Source: Octopus vulgaris
Taxonomy: Eukaryota
DNA length: 64,000 nucleotides
NCBI GenBank assembly: GCA_951406725.2
Contig: OX597816.1
Span: 48,174,001-48,238,000, forward strand
Reading direction: 5' to 3'
Shown here: positions 12,352 to 30,010 of the stretch, one piece after another
How the letters are laid out: each line of letters opens with the position of its first letter
Numbering within the stretch: position 1 is the first letter of the stretch
Notes under the pieces: generated by a model
The model's database searches: none
Told to the model about the DNA's origin: nothing
Seen by the model: only the letters and a program-made list of their open reading frames with translations
Translations under genes and position numbers: made by a program

Positions 12352-12677
12352 TCTTTTACTTGTTTCAGTCATTGGATTGCAGCCATGGTGGGGCACTACC
12401 TTGAAGGGTTTAGTCGAACAAATCAATCCTCAGTACTTATTACAAACCAACACCAGCTGTCAACCAGTGGTGGAAACTTACACAGATATTCACACATAGA
12501 TATGACCCCCTCTCCACCGCCACATGTGACATCTTTCAGTTTCTGTCTAACAAATCCACTCACAAGGCTTTGGTTAGCCCAAAGGCTATAGTAGAAGACG
12601 CTTGCCCAAGATGCCTCACAGTGGAACTGAACCTGGAACCATGTGGTTGGGAAGCAAACATCTTACCATACAGCCAC
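12352..12677 (-). mobile_element. SINE family B
   Basis: Reverse complement of the 12776 copy over the head and 3' part. Confidence 0.85.
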
Positions 12678-12775
12678 AGTATTCAAGTGCACTATCATGC
12701 ATAGATATACATACCATAATTTGTTGCAGTCAATGTCTTCCACAGCAGTAAAATTAATATCACATTATTCACTGA

Positions 12776-13190
12776 GCAGGAGTGGCTGTGTGGTAAGTAG
12801 CTTGCTAACCAACCACATGGTTCCGGGTTCAGTCCCACTGCGTGGCATCTTGGGCAAGTGTCTTCTGCTATAGCCCCGGGCCGACCAATGCCTTGTGAGT
12901 GGATTTGGTAGACAGAAACTGAAAGAAGCCTGTCATATATATGTATATATATATATATATGTGTGTGTGTGTTTGTGTGTCTGTGTTTGTCCCCCTAGCA
13001 TTGCTTGACAACCGATGCTGGTGTGTTTATGTCCCCGTCACTTAGCGGTTCGGCAAAAAAGAGACCGATAGAATAAGTACTGGGCTTACAAAGAATAAGT
13101 CCCGGGGTCGATTTGCTCGACTAAAGGCGGTGCTCCAGCATGGCCGCAGTCAAATGACTCAAACAAGTGAAAGAGTAATAGAGTAAAGAG
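12776..13190 (+). mobile_element. SINE family B, full-length reference-quality copy
   Basis: A-box-like TGGCTGTGTGG, B box GGGTTCAGTCCC, CORE-like CATCTTGGGCAAGTGTCTTCT, TA/TG linker, tail GAAACAAG-like/AAGAGT repeats. Confidence 0.92.
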
Positions 13191-13630
13191 AGAGCATAAT
13201 AAGGTGCATGCATTTGAATAATGAGAGGATACGACTCAGCTGTATTGGACTTTGAAGAGGTTTTAAAGAGGGTGTTAATCAAGTACCTGTTTGTTAACTT
13301 TGTAATCTAGGGCAATAGAATTGCAAGGCTTGCTTGCTGAGACAATGAAATACCTCATTAGCTGGATGATTAGAAATATTATCTTCTCAGTTATTTGAGC
13401 CGTGTAAGCACTTGTGATAAAGAAAAGCAAAAATGGTTAATGTGTCTCCAAGAACCACAGGAGCTCGTAAAGCCAGGGGCTTATCTCTGAATTCAGTATC
13501 ATGAAATAAATGTGAGAGAAATCTGTGCAATTTCAGTTGTAAATAACATGCCCTGAAGTATTATCTAGTGCTGATTCTTCAGCATATTAGTGAACTGAGG
13601 CACATAGAATAGAATTTAATAAAGTATCTT

Positions 13631-13750
13631 GAAAGAAGAAAATATCTGCTGCAAATACAAGTAAGAAGGAAATATCTACAGCAAATTTGAGAAAGAAGAA
13701 AGAATCTGCAGTAAATGTGAGAAAGAAGAAAATTTCTGCAGTAAATACGA
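13631..13750. repeat. 4 x 30-bp minisatellite
   Basis: Units start at 13631, 13661, 13691 and 13721; consensus GAAAGAAGAAAATATCTGCAGTAAATAYGA. Confidence 0.9.
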
Positions 13751-14412
13751 ACTCTCAGTCTAAGAGCTCTTAGTCTCATTATCTTATCAGTTCATCCATT
13801 TTACTTCTATACAAGTTATAGAAGTTTTATCTTGTCTATCACATCAAATTTCTTGACTTACCTTGCTAATTTATTGCAGATAATTTCTGCAATTTTCTCA
13901 TCAAAACCAAGCTGCTGTGTTCTCTGCTGTTATACTGTGACTATTGTAAGGTGAATTCTACTGTAAATTTAGATTATTGATTAAGTTTTGTTTGACAGAA
14001 CGTAAGCATGTATATATATGTATATATGCTGCAATAGTTAACTACGTCTTGACAGCTAACCTGTGCAGGCAATCAGACCTCATGAAAGGGAGATTTACAT
14101 GTTGTGTCATACAGTTTCCTGCTGTGTGATAATTGTGTTCTATTTTACTGCGAAAGAATTCAAACTTATTGATATAAACTGCTTGTTTATATAGCTTCAG
14201 TTTGATTTATTGTCATATTTGCAAGGTTTTTTATTGTTCAAATATGGTTGTAAACTTAAGACTTGTTAAATGAGAGAAGAGATGACTTGTAATGTTTATA
14301 TTCTAGCCTAAGGCATTAAGCTACATAAATGAATTAGTTTCAGCTTTGGAAACAAACTGATCAGTAAACATGGTTTTTTGTTTTTTTAATAAAATTTATC
14401 GCAACCCAACAG

Positions 14413-14645
14413 AATAAAGGTAACGAGGAAGAATATTAACTTCTTATACGCACAGTGAGATTTTAAATTTATAGGTGAAATAGAAATGTGATGTTGTGGT
14501 GTTCATGTTACTATAGAGAGTGAATACTGAGTCCATATGGAAATCATGCAGCCATCGCATGTATAGTTGAAAATCACCATTATTATTATCGTCATCATCA
14601 TTGTCATTATCGTTGCCATCATCATCATCATCATCATTGTCATTG
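14413..14645 (+). repeat. Local duplication, copy 1 (copy 2 at 15721-15964)
   Basis: AATAAAGGTAACGAGGAAGAATATTAACTTC...CATCATTGTCATTG is repeated 1.3 kb downstream at roughly 90% identity by eye. Confidence 0.9.
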
Positions 14646-15141
14646 TTGTCATCATCGTTAAACTTCTGTTTTCTGTGCAGGCATGGTTGGATGGTTTGAC
14701 AGGATCTAGCAAACTGCAGGGCTGCATTGAGGCCCTGTGCCAGCTTTGGCATGGTCTCTATGGCTGGATGCCCTTCCTAATTCCATCTTCTATTTTTACA
14801 GAGTGCCATTGGCATGAGTGAGGTCACCAAGCAGTTTGTAAGATAAGATAAGAAAAGGAAGAGAGAAGGTGGAAAAGGGAAAAAGCCTCTTCAACTAAGT
14901 GGTGTGGGGGAGGGGTGATGGTTCTATGGCTGGCGTTGAGAGGCTAGAGTGTGATGGAGGGACATGCCCAGGTGTCAGATACAAGGCTACCTGCATTTAT
15001 GTTTTGCAATAACATGGTTCCAGGTTCAATGTCACTGCATAGCACCTTGGGAAAGTATATCTTTTTTTACTGTAGCCCTGGTTAGATTGATGCAAGCCTT
15101 GTAAGTGAAATTGAGTATGGGTGGGCAGAAACTGTGTTTAA

Positions 15142-15372
15142 AGCAGCGAGCTGGCAGAAACGTTAGCACGCAGAGTGAAATGCTTAGCGGTATTTCGTCT
15201 GCCGCTACGTTCTGAGTTCAAATTCCGCCGAGGTCGACTTTGCCTTTCATCCTTTTGAAGTCGATAAATTAAATACCAGTTACGCACTGGGGTCGATGCA
15301 ATCAACTTAATCCCTTTGTCCATTCTTGTTTGTCCCCTCTATGTTTAGCCCCTTGTGGGCAATAAAGAAATA
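15142..15372 (+). mobile_element. SINE family A, full-length, with 15-bp TSD
   Basis: Perfect TSD AGAAACTGTGTTTAA at 15127-15141 and 15373-15387. tRNA-like head GAGCTGGCAGAAACG and B box GAGTTCAAATTCC. Confidence 0.95.
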
Positions 15373-15524
15373 AGAAACTGTGTTTAAGCCTGTCAAATTG
15401 GACTCTGTTTTTGGTGGAAGACGTAATTTGTTTTAACTCTTTTGATACCACCCCCACCTGAACCTACCTTTGGTTCTATGATACAAGCCTCTATTTTTAA
15501 AGAAATTTTGCAAGTTCAGGTCAT

Positions 15525-15690
15525 CATTGGAGTGGTTGGTGTTAGGAAGGGTATCCAGCTTTAGAAACTCTGCCAGATCTGATTGGACTCTGGTGCAGCC
15601 ATCTGGCTCGCCAGACCTCAGTCAAATTGTCCAACCCATGCTAGCATGGAAAGCGGACGTTAAATGATGGTGACGATGATGATGATGAAA
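15525..15690 (+). mobile_element. Family C (RTE-type 3' end) with (GAT)n tail
   Basis: GGAGTGGTTGGTGTTAGGAAGGGTATCCAGC...GGACGTTAAATGATGGTGACGATGATG. Confidence 0.85.
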
Positions 15691-15720
15691 TCATTTTCAA
15701 AATGACTGTCAGAAATTGAA

Positions 15721-15923
15721 AATAAAGGTAACAAGGAAGAATATTAACTTCTTATATGCACAGCGAGATTTAAATTTATAGGTGAAATGGAAATGTGATG
15801 TGGTGTTCATGTTACTATAGAGAGTGAATAAGGAGTCCATATGGAAATCATGCAGCCATAGCATGTATGGTTGAAAATCATCATCATTGTCATCATCATC
15901 GTTGTCATTGCCATCATCGTTGC

Positions 15924-15956
<33 letters not shown>

Positions 15957-15964
15957 TGTCATTG
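15721..15964 (+). repeat. Local duplication, copy 2
   Basis: See 14413-14645. Confidence 0.9.
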
Positions 15965-17634
15965 CAGACTCTTTGTTTCCTTAGAATTTAGTTCTGCATT
16001 GCTGCACCGTTTAGCATTGTTCAGATGATGCTGATACTGATGCTAATCAACATTTCTTCGAAACCAAGGAAGCATAGATTGCAAGTCTTGATGGCTTCTC
16101 TGCAACATTCGGACAAACTTGACTCCAGGGAATCGGTGTTCTGATACTGATTTTGTTTGTTGTTTAAATGCAGCATTGTTACTTTGATAACGAAAGACCT
16201 GCCTCATTATTGCATTATAGTTGATAATGAGCAATGTACTAAGAGCTGCACTCGCAAGCGAATAATTGTTGCTTGCTGCACTTAATACACCTGCACGCAG
16301 TTTGTGGGGTAATAAGGTGGTGCTAGTGATGCTTACAGTGATGATGATGATGATGGTGGTGGTGGTATAGCTGTCATTATAGCTGTCATTATGTCAGTCT
16401 TTTACATTGTTGGTTTACATTGATGAAATTTGCCCTGTTCTTTTCCACCATACACGATTTGATACATACGCGAGATCTTGTTAATTTTTGAGATTTGGCC
16501 ATCTGCTTATTAGAAAGCTTAGGCTGAAACACTGGAATGCTTTCGCTGGAAATTGTTCTGCTGCCAAATTCTATTGTTTGTAACAATTAGTTATTATTAA
16601 ACACCATTTCCTGTTTGCATTGAAAAGACAAAATGAAAAAGAGAGCAAAGAAAATGTGAAGATATTTGAAACCAATGGAAAAGGAAAAAAAAATATAATA
16701 AAACGAAGAAATAAATGATAAATTGAGTTGTCACTGTATTCTGCTGCTGCTCTCTCTCTCTCTATCTCAGTCTCTCTATTTCTCTCTCTCTATTTCTCTC
16801 TTTCTCTCTCTCTGTTATAAAAGATATATTTATGTTTATATATATATATATATATGTATATAGGCATATACTAATTAAGTTCTAATATTGTAATATTGTT
16901 AAAACCTCTGACACAGGAAGAGGAACAATTATATATACACACACACACACATTCATGTACTTGTGATTACTGTATGGACAAACAGACAGACATATTTGAA
17001 TTAGATTATTTTTATCTCTGTCATCTTAATGTATATCTCTCTATGTCTGTGTATGCACATATATAAATGCGTATGTATGCATATTCATATCTATATGTAT
17101 ACATATGTATATATATATAGATAGATAGATAGATGTATGCATATATATACATATATGGATGTATCATATATGTAAAATAATTTATTGATGAATGAAATTT
17201 ACATCCAATGGTGACATCCCTGGTGATATTTTATGTCCTTTGTGATTATCTTGGTAAATTAAGAAACTTTGTAAATATCATTCATTTTCTATGCAAGTGA
17301 AAACTCAGTTATGAAGATAATCTGATGTAGACAATTGAAGAAAAAAAAAATGGTTTTGATGTCATCTAGATAGTGGAACACACTTAAATATTAGCAATAT
17401 AATTTGTTCTGAGAGTATCTTATTAAATCAGTACAACTGGCAGTATTAAAGTTCTCTATAGAGGGTGACATTTATAGGACAACATTTAAAATGAAGATGA
17501 GAAGATGAGTTGCAAAGGCTTAGAATTACTGGCTAGATAACTATACGTGTATATATATATATGTACACACAAACATACAGAGGCACACATGCATATATAT
17601 ATATATATATATATATACATACATATATATACAC

Positions 17635-17790
17635 TCTCGGGGTGGTTGGCGTTAGGAAGGGCATCCAGCTGTAGAAACTCTGCCAGATCAAGATTGGAGC
17701 CTGGTGCAGCCATCTGGTTCGCCAGCCCTCAGTCATAATCGTCCAACCCATGCTAGCATGGAAAGTGGACGTTAAACGATGATGATGATG
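17635..17790 (+). mobile_element. Family C (RTE-type 3' end), well-preserved 5'-truncated copy
   Basis: GGTGGTTGGCGTTAGGAAGGGCATCCAGCTGTAGAAAC...GGACGTTAAACGATGATGATGATG, embedded in (TA)n. Confidence 0.88.
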
Positions 17791-17805
17791 ATATATATTT
17801 ATATA

Positions 17806-17854
<49 letters not shown>

Positions 17855-17887
17855 ATATGTATGTCTTTATGTATTTTATTATTTTAA

Positions 17888-18281
17888 TTGTTTCAGTCAT
17901 TTGACTGTGGCCTTGCTGGACACCACCTTGAAGGGTTTTAGTCAAACAAATTGACTCCAGGACCTCTTTTTTCTTTAATTTAAAGCCTAGTTATATTCTA
18001 TCAGTCTCTTTTGCAAAAATGGTATGTTATTAAGTTACCAGGACATAAAGACACCAACACTAGTTGTCAAGTGGGGATGGGGGAACAAAGAGACACAAAG
18101 ACACACACACACACACACATACAAAATGGACTTCTTTCAGTTTCTGTCTCCCCAATCCACTCACGAGGCTATGGTCAGCCTGAGGCTATAGTAGAAAACA
18201 CTTGCTCCAGGTGCCATGCAGTGGGACTGAACCTGGAACTATGCAGTTGAGAAGCAAGCATTTTACCACACAGCCACACCT
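17888..18281 (-). mobile_element. SINE family B
   Basis: Reverse complement of family B from tail to head. Confidence 0.85.
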
Positions 18282-18333
18282 AATGTATGTATGTATATAT
18301 CTATATCTATATATATATATGTGTGTGTGTGTG

Positions 18334-18672
18334 AAGGCGTATGGCTTAGTGGTTAGTGCGTAGAGCCTACAGTCGTGAAGTTGCGAGTTCAATTTCCCGG
18401 ACCGGGCTGTGTATTGTGTTCTTGAGCAAGACACTTCATTTCATGTTGCTCCAGTTAACTCAGCTGTAGAAATGAGTTGCTACGTCACAAGTGCCAAGCT
18501 GTATCAGCCTTTGCCTTTCCCTTGGATAACCTCAGTGGTGTGGAGAGGGGAGGCTGGCTGGTATGCATAGGTGACTGCTGGCCTTCCTCAAACAATCTTG
18601 CCCTGACTTGTGCCTTGGAGGGTAACTTTCTAGGTGCAATCCCATGGTCATTCGTGACTGAAGAGGGTCTCA
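18334..18672 (+). mobile_element. SINE family D (tRNA-derived), single copy in window
   Basis: A box TGGCTTAGTGG, B box GAGTTCAATTTCC, TGTGTTCTTGAGCAAGACACTT domain. The 3' half differs from families A and B. Flanked by microsatellite on both sides. Confidence 0.75.
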
Positions 18673-18673
18673 G

Positions 18674-18718
<45 letters not shown>

Positions 18719-19130
18719 TAGAGTAGTATAGTATTCATGAAGCATTGTTTCATATATATAAATGTTTGTCATTTTGTTTTTTTTTTAAAGCTAAATAAAT
18801 ACAGGTTGATAGTTTTGCTTGGCATTTCAGTGTTTCAGATTTAAGACCCTCTCCTCAGGAATTCATCGGAGAAAAGTTGATATTTGCTGACTTTTCTGCC
18901 CTGTAGTATGCTAATATGTTATGTATTAAATATGCATCACTATAGCAACCAACTGGATGCCTGCAACTCTGATCTGTTATTAATACATATTGTATATATT
19001 TTAATTAAAAGAGCTCATTTATTCTCAAGTCCCCAGAATTGCATGTGGCCCAACTAGTTACTATAGCAACACATCAAATACACACACACTACTGGACAAA
19101 GAGGTCTCCAAATACCAACTTTCTTTAAAC

Positions 19131-19169
19131 ATTTCCTGATTAAGGGTCATAACCGTGAAATATTGAAAT
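19131..19169 (+). ncRNA. Degenerate minimal type-I hammerhead ribozyme motif (Penelope-type terminal repeat remnant)
   Basis: ATTTC-CTGATTA-AG-GGT CATA ACC-GT-GAAA-T-ATT-GAAAT; stem I ATTTC/GAAAT; core G8 changed to T. Confidence 0.55.
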
Positions 19170-19253
19170 ACCCAGTAAAAACATCGACCTGTTATATTTT
19201 TATAATATATATATATATATACAAACACACACACACTTGTTTGTGTGTATATA

Positions 19254-19298
<45 letters not shown>

Positions 19299-19332
19299 AT
19301 ATATATATATGTATGTATATATATATATGTAT

Positions 19333-20250
19333 CAGTCAGACCTACTGGCTGTTGTCCAATGGGCGGAAAAGAATAACATGTTGCTAAATGAAGACAAATT
19401 CGAACTGATCCACTTTGGAAGGGAGGACGCTCTGAAACTCCCATACTCTCTTCCTTCTGGAGAAATTCTCATGGCATCCAACAACATCAGAGACCTGGGA
19501 GTAACAGTGGACAACAACATAAGCTGGGCTACACATATAAGCAGCAAAGTTGACATGGCCCGCAGAATGTGTTCCTGGATTCTCAGAACCTTCCAGTCGA
19601 GAGATTCCCACGCTATTATCCTTCTCTTCTCCACTTTTGCCCGACCCCACCTTGAATACTGCTGTCCACTGTGGTCTCCCTACACAAAACAAAATATTAT
19701 GAGAATTGAAGCTCCCCAAAGGTCAATCACAAAAAAGATAGATGGCATGTCAGACCTTGACTACTGGGGTAGACTAGAGAAGCTGAAATTGTATTCACTC
19801 CAACGACGCCGTGAACGCTACATTATCTGTATGATGTGGAAAATATTCCATCAGCACTGTCCGAATGATGTTGGCATCACCTTCAAAATGCATCCAAGGC
19901 TTGGACCACGTGCCATCCGTCCACAACAAAAATCTAAATCGCATCACATAACGACAATATGGCACAACTATTTCACCTCAATTGGACCCGCTCTCTTCAA
20001 CATTACACCAGGACACGTCAAAAAAGAAACTGACCACACAAAATTCAAGAAGTCTTTGGACAAATTCCTTCAAACAGTACCGGACAAACCACCCACACCC
20101 GGATATGTCTCCGCAAACAATAACTCTCTGCTCGAATGGGCCTTGGTGCCCAAATCCTGAACTGAAAGACTTCGCCAGGTGGTGCTATTAAGTTAGACAT
20201 GGCCTGGGCCAATACTGGCCAAAAACCTTTCTAAGTTATTCTAAGTTATT
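19333..20250 (+). mobile_element. CR1-group LINE, 5'-truncated, uninterrupted RT C-terminal ORF (19333-20160) plus 3' UTR and tail
   Basis: QSDLLAVVQWAEKNNM...IRDLGVTVD...RPHLEYCCPLWSP...LYSLQRRRER...; stem-loop GGCCA ATAC TGGCC at 20207-20220; tail (TTCTAAGTTA)2. Confidence 0.92.
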
Positions 20251-25991
<5,741 letters not shown>

Positions 25992-25999
25992 AAATTGAC

Positions 26000-26130
26000 C
26001 CCAGTACTTAAGCTGTTGACCTCTTATGCTGAACCACTATGTTACAGAGACATAAATATATCAACAACAGTTGTCAAACAGCGGTGCTGTGGACAAACAT
26101 TGACACAAACACATAGTTATATACATACAT
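26000..26130 (-). mobile_element. SINE family B 3' fragment
   Basis: GCTGAACCACTATGTTACAGAGACATAAA...GTTGTCAAAC resembles the family B 3' part. Confidence 0.65.
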
Positions 26131-26284
26131 ATATATATTTGTGTGTGTGTGTGTACATATATATGTGTATATAAATATATCTATATATATATATATATGT
26201 ATGTATGCATGTTTTTTACAAAATTAAAAAAAAAATGTTGGCAAGTGGGATGGGTGGAGGTGGAGTGGGGATGAGATTTTGGGG

Positions 26285-26981
26285 GAAATGTCAACATTAG
26301 CAGATAACTTAGACAATCTAAATGAAATATTTAAAACTAATTTCTTAAGTGATTGCTCTAGAATGATTACTGAATTGGCTAATTTACTTAAGATCTGTTG
26401 ATGGTTTGTAGTGTGGGAAGTATGAATTATTGTGTAAGTCAAGTGTAATATCTAAAAAGTTGGCTTTCGTTACATCATCATCAAAAATTATGCCTAAGCC
26501 CATTCTACGGAAAAACTTAACTAAACTATTCTTAACCGTTTGTACTTTTTGGTTAGAAGCATTTTGAAGGTAAACAAGCGTCATGATATAGACCTCCATT
26601 GATGCTTGGAAAATGGTCTGCCATTTCATAAAGTATATATATGCCGACCAAATCAGCTATTTGTGCTGAATCAGAACTTCCCATCGTGACATGAAAACCA
26701 TTGGGTGTATCTTTACGAACAGCCAACACGACATCAATCTCTTCCCTGGTGAGATCAGCATTGTTGCGAGCTATCCAGAGTGCCTTATTAAGAACCATTG
26801 GGTTGATGGAGGAATAGAAACTAGAAATGTCAAACTGGATAAACTCAGTGCTCCTCTTATTCGTAATAGAACTAAACCAGTCAACATCTTGGAATGAATT
26901 GAACCATAAACTAAGCTTTAATTTTTTAACTAGCGTAGGAATATATTTATCTAGAATATTTTTACCAAGTATGTACAACAA
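26285..26981 (-). pseudogene. Penelope-like element reverse transcriptase remnant
   Basis: FIQFDISSFYSSI (motif A), FHVTMGSSDSAQIADLVGIYIL (motif B), GGLYHDACL (YRDD-type motif C), ANFLDITLDL, ISFRLSKLSAN. Frameshifted. Confidence 0.85.
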
Positions 26982-27058
26982 TGTCAGAGCTAGAAGGACA
27001 GATAAGTCAGAAGTAAAAGAATTTGAATAACACCTGCATTTAACTCCATTTATTTATT

Positions 27059-28570
<1,512 letters not shown>

Positions 28571-29400
28571 TTAGCAATTAACTCTTTCCATTTCCCTGAG
28601 TCTCAAGTTAATAAGATTAACAGTGAACTTATCTGATCTTTTTGTTGTTTTCTTATTTTGCGTTTGGTTTTGTGTGTGTGTGTGAGTTAGTGAGTAGATG
28701 TGTTTGTCTTCTTTTCATGATGTCCTGTAATACTTGTAATTGTGTATCAGTCACTGTCATCCTAGCTATGTTATTCATTTCTAAAATTTTGCATAAATAT
28801 GTCTAGCCAGGCGGAAATATCACCTTGCTTGGAAACAGACTCAAGTTAGTGACAAGAATGACAGACATCTCACCATAGAAAATCTATATTCAAATAGAAA
28901 ACACTTGTCTAAATGCCATGCTGTGGGATTGATCCCAAAACCACATGACTGTGAAACAAACTTCTCAACCAATCTGCCACATATAATAAAATGTGTGCTT
29001 ATCTGAATGCTTGCATCCAGTATATTTGCATGAAACTTAGTGAAAGGCTGTGATGTTATGTTGTCATTCTTTGCTGATAAACCATTCTTAGTTCAATGCT
29101 TTTGAAGACAAGTATACACAAGACTATCTCTTACTTGAAAATTACGGGCAAATTATTGATAGGAAATTGTTTATGGCTGTAAAATAATTCCTCACTAATA
29201 AGTTACTGTTGTACAACATGAGCTAGCATGGAAGAACAGATGTTAAAGGAAACCAGTATACATTTACCAGCTTCCATCAATTCATTGACAAAATCTTATA
29301 TGGAACCCCAAGGTTCATATGGACCCTGGTTTAGAGTCACTGATCTAGGAGGACCTATGAAGTGCATGAGCCTTTCTCTTCCTTTTCTGACCAGGTTATA

Positions 29401-30010
29401 CTCTCTTTTTACTCTTTTACTTGTTTCAGTCATGCGACTGTGGCCATGCTGGAGCACCACCTTTAGTCGAGCAAACCCACCCCAGGACTTATTCTTTGTA
29501 AGCCTGGTACTTATTCTATCGGTCTTTTTTGCCGAACCGCTAAGTTACAGAGACATAAACACACCAGCATAGGTTGTCAAGCGATGTTAGGGGGCAAACA
29601 CAGACACACAAACATACAATCTCACATACACATATATATATATATATATATATATATGTGACCGTGTGTGTACCGTTGGCGATATTTTTTCCTCTGTCTT
29701 CCCTTCTCCTATGTTTCCGGTGAAGAGCTCCGCTCGAAACGTTAAACCCTCCTTCTTTCTTGAGCGTCCAATAATACTATATTTGTTCCACATCCTCACG
29801 TTGTTGTGTTTTTTTGTGCTTTCGTGTTTGGATTAACTATATATACGATGGGCTTCTTTCAGTTTCCGTCTACCAAATCGTTTCACAAGGCTCTGGTCAG
29901 CCCAAGGCTATAGTAGAAGACATTTGCCCAAGGTGCCATGCAGTGGGACTGAACCCAGAACCATGTGGTTCATAAGGAAGCTACTTACCACACAGCCACA
30001 CCTACGCCTA
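29401..30010 (-). mobile_element. SINE family B with a ~190-bp insertion (29657-29845) in its TA linker
   Basis: The family B 3' part (29401-29635) and head (29846-30010) flank the insert. Confidence 0.88.
29713..29747 (+). ncRNA. Degenerate minimal hammerhead ribozyme motif in a Penelope-type insert
   Basis: GTTT-CCGGTGA-A-GAGC TCC GCTC-GAAA-C-GTT-AAAC; two core substitutions relative to CTGATGA. Confidence 0.6.

Noticed and set aside
12776-12850. tRNA-like heads of SINE families A, B and D as tRNA genes
   Set aside because: They have A/B boxes but no complete cloverleaf and continue into SINE bodies.
13631-13750. Regularly spaced repeats (also the 75-bp array at 43893) as CRISPR-like arrays
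   Set aside because: Units are directly adjacent with no unique spacers, and the context is eukaryotic.
18825-18862. Minus-strand CTGAGGA...GAAAC
   Set aside because: Stem II is poor and there is no valid cleavage triplet or stem I.
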